DNA of 64,000 bases from the human T2T-CHM13v2.0 reference genome, Homo sapiens. Below the pieces are notes generated by a model, which was not told the origin of the DNA, did no database searches, and saw nothing but the letters and a program-made list of their open reading frames with translations. Every line of letters starts with the position of its first letter. Position 1 is the first letter of the stretch. Location: the NCBI RefSeq assembly GCF_009914755.1, contig NC_060928.1; one strand, 5' to 3'. The position numbers and the translations under genes are program-made. Below are positions 30,080 to 42,480 of this stretch, one piece after another.

Positions 30080-30290
30080 ACCTTGTCGTGAAACAGGTTT
30101 GACTCGTTGCTAGCTAGGTGCATGACCCTGAGAAAATTACTTAGCTTTTCCTGGCATCACTTTACTGATATGCAATGTGAAGATGATAATCACAGTACTT
30201 ATTTCATATACAAATGAAAAAAAATCCACATAAAATGTCAACCTGACATAGAGTCATCATTCATAGATCTTATTTACTGTTATTTTGTTG
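30080..30290 (+). mobile_element. MIR
   Basis: tgctagctaggtgcatgaccctgagaaaattacttagc...gcaatgtgaagatgataat. Confidence 0.5.
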
Positions 30291-30391
30291 TTATTCTTAT
30301 CATGATCATGTAAATTATTTTCTGTTTTAGCCAAATATTTAGGCGCTTCTGTTGTGGATTTAAGTGTGTGAGAGGGAGGTAAACACTTTTC

Positions 30392-30543
30392 TTTTTTTTT
30401 TTTTTATTATACTTTAAGTTTTAGGGCACATGTGCACAACGTGCAGGTTTGTTACATATGTATATATGTGCCATGTTGGTGTGCTGCACCCATTAAGTCA
30501 TCATTTAACATTAGGTATATCTCCTAATGCTATCCCTCCCCCC
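30392..30543 (-). mobile_element. Extremely truncated primate L1 (L1PA4-like) 3' end
   Basis: Poly(T) + attatactttaagttttaggg...tatctcctaatgctatccctcccccc. 14-bp TSD GGTAAACACTTTTC at 30378-30391 and 30547-30560. Confidence 0.93.
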
Positions 30544-31563
30544 AGTGGTAAACACTTTTCAAGGGAGCAGTGATTTCTGATAAGGAGTGAGTAGGATGCT
30601 AAGGGGAAATGGACAAGAGTCTCTGCGTGTTGAATCTCAAACTGGAAGTCAGAATGCTGTGTTCCTTTCTGACCATTATTTGTGTTTTTAATGGTGGCTT
30701 GGTTCCTAGACATGCTTACCAAAATATAATGAAGCCAACACATAGCTGTTTTAGTTGACTATTCTGAGATTTTAAATACCATTGAAAACATTACAAGAGC
30801 TATACTATGCCTAAATATCAACAGCTTGCAAATATATGCTGACCTCCTTCTTAGTTGTGGATTTCCTGGATTGTGGTATACAGATTTTGAGTTGTGAAAA
30901 TCTATGAAAAAAATCTATTTCCCCTCAAATTACAGATTTCTTAATATAGTATGGATATTAACTTTAGAAAATTTAACACAGAAAAATATCACTGGGTTCC
31001 AGTAAGCTATAGCCATCTATATTACTTCATAAATAAAAAATACTAAAATTAAATAGCAAACCAGGCTAAATATTGGCCAATCAAGTCAGGTCACTTAAAA
31101 ATAATTTCTTGAATGAATCAAATAGGGAGCAAAGATTGGCAATCTAGGCCTACTGGCAAACAACAATCATTCCCTTCCATTAACCCTCTTAACAATTACT
31201 TGTTCAAAAGCCTACGTAGAGTAACAGCTGTGGAAAATATCAAAGGATCAAATATAGAAGTCATTAGAAAGGATATGAGAGATTCAAAAGGGAGGCAAAA
31301 GAGAACTTACATGTATTATTGGACGTTGAAGAGAAAAAATAGTGAACAAACAAAAAGGAAAATTGAAGTTATAACTGAAGAAAAAAGAAATTGAAACTGT
31401 AATCAACTCTTTACTTTGAAATTTTTATGTACAATTATTATCAATAAATAATTATCTTTTAAAATTCTTGAACAGCAAGAACTGACAATTATATGATCAA
31501 GAATGAAATAAAAAGTCATGGGCCAGAGGCAAGGGTGATATTAAAAATCAGAATGGACATACT

Positions 31564-31666
31564 AACCAATCAGAAAGGAAGTGGGTTATGCGCCTTCAAT
31601 GCTACTGCTGACTGACATCTAGTAATTGCACTGAGAGGTAGAGATGTTGTTTCTTCGAGGCGGGTT
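31564..31666 (+). promoter_or_regulatory. CCAAT box / ETS / GC-box-like cluster (candidate promoter or enhancer)
   Basis: AACCAATCAG at 31564-31573, GGAAGTG at 31577-31583 and GAGGCGGG at 31657-31664, in apparently unique DNA. Motif evidence only. Confidence 0.3.
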
Positions 31667-32695
31667 TTTATCAAGTTATTTATTCCTTCTGCATCCTCCT
31701 CTCACAGTGAGTGAGATTACAAAGGTTACATTGGGTAACTTCGGCTACTATTATTCTCTGTAACAATCTTCAGGGCTCACATGAAATGAATCCACTAAAT
31801 TCTGGCTTTGGGAGGTGGGAGTAAGGGGGTTATAGCATTTTTACTCAAAAGTTTTGTTTTTGTTTTTTAATAAAGCAACCATATCTTAAAACTTTGTAGA
31901 TTTTATTAGAAGATATTAAACAGATTCTTATTAAAACAGTGTAATACGGATCAGGAACCAGAAAGGCCAACTCCACTGGAAGTATTTTCCATTGATGTCA
32001 TTGGTTTGAGTTCAAACGATAGCTAAACTAGAGGCAAAAAGAAGACACATGCCTTTCCCGTTGCAGATGGGAGGTCACCAAATTTAAAGATACCTTCAGA
32101 TGTTTGTCTTCTCCAGGGACAGCTTACTGAAAAATTAATACTTTCTTTTAATAATTTTATTTAATGAATCTCTCACTATATTTAGATAAATGCTCTCTTT
32201 TTAAAACATAATATGGATATACATAGCTTACTGGATATAGAAGGATAAATGGACTTTTCTACGGCTGCATGTATACTAAAAATTAATTTATTCACTCATC
32301 CAAATATTCAGGGTTGGTTCATAAAAGTCACTTAACTGGTGGAAATAAAAAAAAATATATATTTCCTATCATTCTTATTATCCTAAATATACTTAAAAGA
32401 ATAAATGTGATTAAGATGACTCTGAGTGTGTGGAGATTCATTTCCCACCTTATTTGGGGAGTAAAAGGGGTGATATTTCACCTGCTTAATGCATATTTTA
32501 ATACTATTTTTGTTGGCCTATGGTTCTTTGCTACATATATACATTTAATTTTTTAAATTCTTAATCATTTATTCTCTCAGTATTTAGAAACATCGTATTC
32601 TGTGAAATGCCAAGCATTTTCTTGTTGTTTTACAGATTACATAGAACTGGACATATTTATTTGATAGTAAGATGCATACAATTTTTATTTTTCAG

Positions 32696-32815
32696 ACTTG
32701 AATGAAGTGATCATGTAAACTAGAGAAAGGAGATTAAAAATAACCTCTGGATATTCCTCTCATGTGATCTTTATTCTGGATGAAGCATTAGGACAGCTAA
32801 TAGCCGTGTGTCACT
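32696..32815 (+). other. Candidate non-coding (5'UTR or lncRNA) exon, 120 nt
   Basis: Acceptor atttttatttttcag|ACTTG and donor CACT|gtaagt. Stops in all three frames, non-repetitive sequence. From memory it resembles a 5'UTR segment of long TENM3 transcripts, unverified. Confidence 0.65.
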
Positions 32816-34888
32816 GTAAGTATTGTGTAATGAACTTAGAATGTTTATTTTTTTGTTGCTGCATAACCTCGTATGTTGTACACTTTCACAGAATTTAAGA
32901 ATAGTAGATGTAGTGTAGTAGCAGTAATGGGCAGAACAATAAAAACTAAAATACTAAGTGGCAGGGATAGCAACACAGAAGGGGAAAATTATTCTGGTTA
33001 TAGAATCCCTTAAATTGAGTAAATATTTGATATAAACAAAAGTGAAGGACAAAATGATAATTATTTATGATATCAAAGTGATCTTTGCTAGAATATACTT
33101 GAGAGTGTGACAGCTTTCTGATGAGGAAGTAAACTAATTGTAAAGCTATGCTGAGAAGAATCATAATCTTACTATGAATAAGAAATGCGTTACGAGTTAC
33201 AGGATTTGAAAAATAACAGAATGAGAAGCTTTTACAAGCCAGGCTATTTTAATTTTGGTGACGGTTTAGAATCTATAGAAGTACCAAAAATTATAGCACC
33301 AACTTCAATTAATAGAATGTTCAATCTGTATCTAATGAAGTTATCAAGTACTCTTTAATCATGCATCTATAATTTTATCATACAAAACCATTGCATTCAT
33401 AAAGAGAAAAACAATCTTATAAACTGGCCTGAGGACTTCATCTGATCATATAAACGAAGAAATAGGCTTCCAATTTAACATTCTGCAGCACTCTAATGCA
33501 ATTCAGGGGTAAGTGCTATTACCCTTGGTGAAGAGGTTGAATTTGATAGCCATTTCACTGTTAGACTAACGATGGCCTGTTATATCTCTTAGGTTACAAT
33601 GTCTTTGATCCTGTGAATGGCAAGGAAACATACAACCTCAGGGGGAAATTCAGACAGAGAAGGTATTTAATAGAAAAGCCTCCAGACAACTGGAGTTTCT
33701 TTAGATTTTGAAATCATATGTAGACCTCTTAGCTGAGACTCAACCAGAATCCACCAGTAAGGCATTCAGCTTGGTTATACCTGTGCTGTACAGATGGCTA
33801 CATATGTTGTCTGTCACCACAATACACGTTCAAATATGAATATATGTACAAAGATTCAAATGTCAAATATGTCTTATATTTTGACTTATGAACTTATTTA
33901 TTATCTTACTAACTTGGACTTGTTAACCAGAGAAATTACTTACATAATGAAAGCTCTTTTAAAAATATCCTATTACCTTTTCCTCCCACAACTGAACACA
34001 TAATTTGGAAAAAAGTCTCTGTGAAGGAAACAATTAAAATTTTGTTTTGCATTTGTAAAACTAGAGTTATTTTATTTCCTAGAATGTAACAATAACTTAC
34101 CCTTTCCACTTCAGATTTTGAAAATTTTATTTGTAGTAACATTTTACCTACATCCAAAACAGGTGGTGGATCTAATTTATATTTTGAATGGACAAATAAT
34201 GTTTTCTGAAAAAGTTGTAAGATGTGCTTGCTTTAGCCGAGTCATAATTTTTACTCTTTCATAGTCCCACAAAAACACGTATTCGCGATATACTGAATAA
34301 GGAAATTGACTTAACGCCAAGTTAGCAATCAAAACAAAAATCAAACCTACTAAGTGTGTTACTTGCCCTACTTAAAAAGAAATTGAGAGATGATAATATT
34401 TAATATGTCTTTTTAAATATAATTTATCTAGGTTAGATTCATAGAGAAATTTCCGTGAAGGTAAATATTCCTCTACCATAGAGATGATTTTAAATGAAGT
34501 GAAATTATTTTTAATTAATATCATTGGTAACTTGCAACAGAAGGGAATTTTCGTGTTACTTAAACCATAATTTTCTTCTAACATGGCTTAGGCCATTTAT
34601 CAGAACCATGTTGTTAAATGCAGATTTGCAGAAATACTTTTCAATGAAATATAAGACTACGTGATATTTGAAACCATCCAGTTTATTTAACTTGCTTAAA
34701 ACAGTGTTCACTTTATACAAGTTCCCTTTGATAAAATCACTTAAGCGAACATTTTTTATATCTATGTACACATGTAAATGTGTGTCTTTTTAAAAAATAA
34801 CCATGATTAGAATGATGAGCATATAGAACTTTATTTATACCAAAAAATAACGTGGTGTAAGAAATGCTTTTATGAAGCAAAATGTATC

Positions 34889-34905
34889 AAGCCCTCTAGT
34901 GGTGT
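34889..34905 (-). promoter_or_regulatory. CTCF core motif
   Basis: Minus strand reads ACACCACTAGAGGGCTT, containing the CCACTAGAGGGC core. Confidence 0.5.
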
Positions 34906-36052
34906 TAATGTATAAGATATTTCATTGTGGTGTTTGCTCAATCAAAGCAGGCTTTTTTTTTTTCTTTCTCCATTTGAGTGCAAGTATTTAACATGTTTTT
35001 GACGTTAGCTTTTTGTAAATTCCAATTTGCTCTGCTTGGCAGATAATTTGTAGAATACTCTAGGTGGTTTTTCTAAAGAAAAAAATCTTAACCTTAGGAT
35101 TAACCATTTTAAATAACTAAACTTAGTGAATAAATGAATGGCCTGTTAGGAGATAAATCATAATTTTTAGATCAGTAACTGTTATTTTTGGGTCTAATGT
35201 TAAAAGACATTGTAGTGTTCCATATGCATGATGATAACAATACTTTTTAAAAAGAAAATTTACATAATTTACAAACTGAGAAAAAAAATCTTCATTTAAA
35301 TAAACAACACAATTAAGGATAAAAAGTAGCTAAGACTTCCTTTGTAATTCTTACTGAGATCTTTCATGCTATCTAAAGTCTAAAGGAGGTTAATGGTCTT
35401 ATTCATAACTAAGGATATTTACACTGCACTTTTTTTTAATTTGGCTCTTTTTATAGAAGGCACACAATTAGAGAGGAGACTTAGTTGGCAGATCTGCAAA
35501 ACGTGTTTCAGTTATTAGGGCATGAGTTTTAGCTTCATGCCAGCGGTATTTTTCTTTCTTTTTTTTTTTAAAAACAATTAAAGTATGAGCATTGGATGTA
35601 TCTAGCTAGGGGAAACTGACAAATATCATGCAGTAGAAATGGAAAAGTAACAATGAAAAGTTTAAGACACAAAGATGAGTCTCAGAGTCTATCTGTTCTC
35701 AAAGATGAATTTCTTGATTTCCTGTCCTTTATTTCAACATTATTTTAGACTCTGAAATTAGGCTCATAGAGTAACCACTGAATACGCTGTGGTAGAAAGT
35801 GCTATACTAGGTTTTGGAAGACCCAAATCACTTCTCAGCTTCATCCAGTTTTCTTTGTTGTAAAATCAGAATAATCATGCACTACCTAACCTCACGTGCT
35901 CACGAGCACTTCTGACACTGATCACCATTCTTTTGGAAAAGTGTACATTATCACTGCTTCTCATCGAGGAATACATGCAGTTGGAGAACATGTGGTCTTC
36001 TCCCTAATATGTGCACCCTCATTCTTGGAAGTCTTCAATTAAAACTGATTTA

Positions 36053-36413
<361 letters not shown>

Positions 36414-37170
36414 CTAAGATAAGAGCCTAAAATAAAATGCTAAATCTTAAAAGAGACTGGGTTTATGCACAAAACGTTTTGTGCCTTGGTCTAACATTAA
36501 CGTGATGTCTGTGTAAAATGACAAAAAGAACCAGTGTTGAATTATGCTATATTTTCCATCACCCCAGATTGCTAAATGTGTTCCTTCCAAGAAATCTAAA
36601 TGAATTATTATATACATTTGCTGTCATGTATACATAACAGTTGTGTCGTTGTTAGAGGTTTCAGTAATTAAAATGGGTAACAGAAGCTTAAGTTACTTTC
36701 CTTATCAAAACTATGTTCCTTGGAACCACATTATTATAATGGTTTTTGTGCTCTTGTACATTGGATGTCTTAAGCTGAGTACAGTTTAGGAGATCCTTTC
36801 TAATTATAAGAAGGTACTGCTTTCCTCAACACTGTGATCTAACCTGTGCTAAATCTGTACTATACACTATGTAAATGGCTAACAAGTCAATTGCAAACAA
36901 ACTGAATGTACAAATCTTAGTGTTGGTACTGAAACCTTTTCAGAATAGTCATCACGATTTAAAAGTTTGTTTAAAAATTTGCAAGCATCAAGTGTCAATC
37001 AAAACTGAAGATGAAACACTAACGAATGTTGAATTCTCATGCTTTTAGGTGCACTTCCTTTTTAGAATTTTCAGTTATCTGCTATTTTTACCGTAACTAT
37101 TTTCTTTACATTTGTTTCACTTAAATTTCCTGCATGCTAACTTTGTTTGTATGATTGAAATAAAACTGCA

Positions 37171-37218
<48 letters not shown>

Positions 37219-37235
37219 TGTATATATATATAGTG

Positions 37236-37270
<35 letters not shown>
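37171..37270. repeat. Compound (TA)n/(TG)/(CA)n microsatellite
   Basis: About 100 bp of almost uninterrupted alternating purine-pyrimidine sequence. Confidence 0.97.
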
Positions 37271-37275
<5 letters not shown>

Positions 37276-37361
37276 TACACATATTGGCCAATAGGATTTA
37301 GTATTTTGTTTTAAATCAGTTATATATATACTAAATCCTATTGGCCAATATGTGTACTTTT
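37271..37361. repeat. Perfect inverted repeat, 34-bp arms, 23-nt spacer
   Basis: 37271-37304 AAAAGTACACATATTGGCCAATAGGATTTAGTAT is the exact reverse complement of 37328-37361. Confidence 0.97.
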
Positions 37362-38999
37362 CACCATCTAAATCTACCTAATTTCAAATATAAGATATAC
37401 ACTTAAAAATCTTTAGGCTTCACTCTGAAACAAGTTCATGTAGCAACTTGAAGACATTGATACTTGACTTGTATATGACCCAAATACATAGATTTTTCAC
37501 ATCTGCTCTCAGATTGTCCTAATTTAATTCACGATGATACATGATTACGTGACATCATAGACAGTAACTCCAAAAAGGGAACGAAGAAACAGAATACTCT
37601 GGAACTTGGTATGTTTTTAGACTCAACCCTACATAACATATAACACTATGAAAGTTACATTTTTGGGCTATGAGTCAAATGGCCTTGTCTCGCACCCAGC
37701 TGTGCCCTCGGGTTACGTAGTCTTCCAGGTTTACAACATTATATTCACTTCTAAATGAATAAATTGGATTAGAGGATTTTTAAGATATCTTCTAGAAATA
37801 TGTTGGTTCTAGATCATTGAGCCACTCAAAAGGTTATACCATCCTGTAATGTGAGGGCAGCAAAATATTGTTTTCCCGAATATTTTTCCTTTGCAATCTC
37901 CTTCCATCTTTCATGTCTTCCTTGGTTGTTAGGAACTTATTAGAGCTGGAGAGAGCTGAGCTGCCAGCTGTCTGAGTATTCAGTTAACACAATAACCCCA
38001 AATAAAGTAATAGTCAATTAATCACTCACTGCAATGATGTAAGCAGGAAGCTAAACTGGAGAAAGAGACCTCATGGAGGAGTTTGGACCCTGGTGCTGGT
38101 TGAGCATCAGTTGAATCAACACAGATGTGATGGTCAACTTATGCCTTGGGAGTCCTGAAAAAAAAAATCCTGTTTTTTTATGGACCAGCAGCTAGTGGTA
38201 GGGGGTAAGATAGGACTAGGAGTGGAAAAGTACTGAGCACTGAGTCAGCATGGAGAAAATTGTCATCATGTTTCCCTGCTCCCCTAATAAGGAGGTCTTA
38301 GCAGAGGAAGGCCTCTGCTGAAAATTCCAGATAAAGAAGATCTGCATGAAGGTATATGATCTAGGAGTATAGATATCCATAAGAGTATGGCTGGCCAGGG
38401 GACTCAAGTCTTTGATTGCAACTCCCTGCAGAGACTGCAGTGCACTGGCTGTGCACCCAGTCTATTGTGGGGAGGGCAGCTCTTTCCTCTGAAGCTTACC
38501 AGGTGGTCTGTAATTGCCTGTGATGATGTCTGAAAAATCATACATAGGGTTTTGGTCTCAAGCCAGATTCCCCATTGATTATCATCTTACATGCCTACTT
38601 CTTCTTGAGTTTAAATTAGGGAGTAAAATCCAATAAAATGGGTCATTTATTTAGAACGTGGGGTCACATAGCCTTCTCAGGCAATTTAAATTTAGAGAGA
38701 TTCTTGCCCTGTGCCTTGTTTGCAGTGTTATTGATACTAAAATGAACCCCACCCTCAAGCAACTTAGTGTCTATTGGAAGTCCAGGGGGAAAATATTCAA
38801 AACAATAACATTAATATTGTAAAGTGGTTTATATAATGCGGGCTTGCTCAAAACAGTTTACTTTCTACTCATAACTACTCTATTCCTTATGCACTATGGT
38901 GGTCTTCCATTTTGTGGACGTGAGAACAGAAGTTAAGTAAGGTTAAGAGGAGTTAAGTAACCTGTCTGCTGGTAAATGGTAAAGCTGCTTAGAGAGGCA

Positions 39000-39960
39000 A
39001 TGCATTTAACCACTGTGTTTTACTTCTATTTTAAAAAACCTGAAGGCTATAGATATGCATAGAATGTCAGGAGAGAACTGAAAAGAAGTCCTGGATTCAT
39101 GCAGTAAGTTGCAGAGGGAGTGGTACCTACATGGGGTAGACCTGGGGTGTGTTGTGCAGGTGAAGGGCTGGAATTGAAAGGCACTTAAGGCGCAAGAGAC
39201 GTGAGTAGGGGCATGAGTGCTGTGGACTAAATCAGGTTGGTGTTTCAGAAAATAAATATCAAGTGAGCAATAAAAAAGAGGCTGAGGATAGAGGGAAGGA
39301 TTAGATAGAGACAAAGAGATGAATATATTGAGGCAACAATCAGAAGAACTTTACACATTATCTTACATAGTGTGTTAGTGAAATAGAACTAGGGAGAGAA
39401 TAAACAAGAAAATTTCCTATATCATTTTCTATTTTGATTTAATGAATGATGCCTCAAATGGAGCTAAATAAGTATAGGAAGAGGAGCAGGTTCATGAAAA
39501 AGATATGTTTTGCTTCAGGGCACTTGAGTCTATTGAACTACCAAGTAAAGGTAATTTGCAAACAGTTATATATGTGCATCAATAATTGCAAGAGAAATGA
39601 AAGCATAGGGAGCATAGATTAATGAGAAGGGTGCCCCAAAGCGTGTTGTCCAAGAAAAGACTGGAGCAGAACAAGAGCCAGTGAGGTACAATTTCAGAGT
39701 ATTAACAAGAAAGAACCGATGATGATGATGAGCCCATTGCAAAAGATAGATTAGTTAAGATCACAACTGAACTCATACTTGAAATGGATCCCTAATAAAG
39801 TCACAGGTTTATTTAGCAAGGGCAGGATTTGTAGTGTGGTGGAGCTGAAGCCAGATGGTGCTGGATTGAAGAGTGATAGAGCAGAAACAGATTAGATAAG
39901 GAAAGGCATGAAATTTGACAGTAGCTAGAAGAGACAACAGAACTAAGGAAGGCTTTCTTT
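39000..39960 (-). mobile_element. LINE-2 relic
   Basis: gtagtgtggtggagctgaagccagatggtgctggattgaagagtga...gacagtagctagaag. Appears to continue beyond the L1MA at about 42155. Confidence 0.5.
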
Positions 39961-39989
39961 TTCTTTGTTGACTGTTTTTTTTAGCTGTA

Positions 39990-42128
39990 TTTAAAAAATG
40001 GTTTAATTACTTAATGTATTTTTGATTGACACATGATGTACATATTTATTGGGTACAGTGAGATATTTCAATACATATGGACATTACATAATGATCAAGT
40101 CAGGGCATTTAGTATTCTATCATCTCAAAAATTCATTGTTGCTTTGTGGTGAGAGCATTCAAAATCCTCTCTTCTAGCCCTTTTGAAGTATGCCATAGAA
40201 TATCGTTAGCTATAACATGCTTGTGTGTAATAGCATCCTAGAAATTATTCCTCCTAAATTACTGTGACTGTGTACGCATTAACCAGTCTCTCCTTATACC
40301 TCCCTTCCTTCCCTTCCCCAGTCTCTAATTACCATTTTTCTGCTCTCCACATCTATGAGATCAGCTTTTTTGGATTCCGCATATAAGCAGTGGCGTGTGC
40401 TATTTGTCTTTCTGTGCCTGGCTCATTTCACTTAACGTAATATCCTCCAGGTTCATCTATGTGTCTGCTAATGACATGCTTTAATTCGATTTTTGGTGAC
40501 TAAATAGTATTCTATTGTAAAAATTTACCACATTTTCTTTATTCATTCATCTGTTGATGGACACTTGGGTTGATTTCATATCTTAGTTCCTGTGAAAAGT
40601 GCTGCCATAAACATGGGGCTGTAGATCGATATCTCTTCTAAATACTGATTTCATTTCTTTTGGGTATATACCCAGTTGTGTGACTGCTGGATCATATGGT
40701 AGTTCTATTTTTAATTTTTTGAGAAACCTCTGTAATTTTTTTGTCTGTGCTAATTTGCATTCTCACCAACTGTGTATGTAAGTTCCCCTTTCTCCACATC
40801 CTTGCCAGCATTTGTTACCTTTTGTCTTTTTGAGAGTAGCCATTCTACTGTGGTGAGGTGATGCTTTCTTGTAGTTTTGATTTTCATCTCCATAATGATT
40901 AGTGATGTTTAGCATTTCTTTATTTACCTGTAGATCATTGTATGTCTTCTTTTGAGAGATGTCTAGTCACAGCTTTTGACCATTTAAAATATTTTCGATC
41001 ATTTTTAATTGGATTATTTTCTATTGAGTTATTAAGGTTTCTTATATAGTCCAGACATTAACCTCTTGTCAGATCTATAGTTTGCACATATTTTCTCCCA
41101 TTCTATAGATTTTCTCTTCATGTTGTTGATTGTTTCTTTTGTTGGGCAGAAGCTTTTTAGATTGAAGAAATACCATTTGTCTGTTTTTGATTTTGTTGCT
41201 GGACTTTTGAGTACTTGTTTGAAAAATCTTTCCCAGACCAATGCCATAGCGCATTTCCTTTATGTTTTCTTCCAGTAATTTTATAGTTTCAGGTTTTACA
41301 TTGAAGTCTTTAATTCATTTTGAGTCGATTTTTTATAATGTTATTGATAGGAGTCTAGAATCATTCCTCTGCATGTGAATATCCAGTTTGTCCAACATCA
41401 TCCAAGTTTGCAAGGAGAAAATAAAATAGTCTCTGTCCTCAGATGACATGCTCATACATATGACTCCACCAAAATAAGTTAAAATTAATAAATGAATTCA
41501 GTAAAGTGGCAAGATAAAAAATCAACATACAAAAATTAGTAGTGTTTTTATATGCCAATAGTGAAACATCTAAAAAAGAAATCAAGAAAATAATCTCACT
41601 TATAAAAACTACAAAAAATAAAATACCTAAGAATAAATTTAACCAAGAAGATGAAAGAGCTCTGCAATGAAACTATAAAACACTGATGAAAGAAATTGAA
41701 GAAGACAAAAATAAATGGAAAGTCATCCCATTGTCATAGATTGGAAAAATTAATGTTGTTACAATGCCCATACTACCCAAAGTTATGTACACATTCAATG
41801 CAATCTATATCAAAATACCAATGACATACTTTACTAAAATAGAAAAAATAATTCTAAAATTCGTATGGAATCATAAGGGACTCTGAATAGACAAAGCAAT
41901 CTTAGGCAAAAAAAAAAAAAAGAAAAAAAAAAAAAACTGAAGGTGTCACCACATCAAAATATACTACAAAGTTATAGCAACCAAAGCAGCATGTTACTGG
42001 CATAAAAGTAGACACAAGCACCAATGGAACAGATAGAGAATCCAGAAATAAACGTAAGTACTTACAGCCAAGTGATTTTTGACAAAAACTCCAAGAACAC
42101 ACATTGGGGAAAGGACACTCCAACAAAC
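39990..42128 (-). mobile_element. Old L1MA element with 5' inversion
   Basis: L1MA-type 3'UTR and ORF2 end on the minus strand (~39990-41400). ORF2 RT region (ctctgtcctcagatgacatg, FADDM-like) through ggggaaaggacactc on the plus strand (~41399-42128). Confidence 0.88.
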
Positions 42129-42269
42129 GAAGCTGGGATTTTTTTGTTTTTGTTTTTAATGGGAGAGGTATGAAGCTTAAAAAGTGCCAGGAACGAGAGT
42201 GAGGTTGAAGATATATGGAAGAGAGAATAAAACTGGAGGCACAATTCTCACAGCAATCAAAAGATGAGA

Positions 42270-42480
42270 TTCAGGCAGACATTGGCTTCAGAGCCAGCTG
42301 CACCACTTAATGGCTGTGTGACTTGCAATGTCACTTAATTTCTCAGAACTTCAGTTTCTCCATCTCTAAAATGTAACAATAGTATCAATCTTAGAGGGTT
42401 ATTATGAGTATTAGGTATTATTATAAAATGTACGTAAAAATAAATTACAGTGAGAACTCATTATAATATTTGCTATTATT
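42270..42480 (+). mobile_element. MIR
   Basis: caccacttaatggctgtgtgacttgcaatgtcacttaatttctcagaacttcagtttctccatctctaaaatg...tagagggttattatgag. Confidence 0.75.

Noticed and set aside
37960-38560. Possible ancient LTR (similar impression at 7230-7620)
   Set aside because: Composition is suggestive, but I cannot assign termini or a family.
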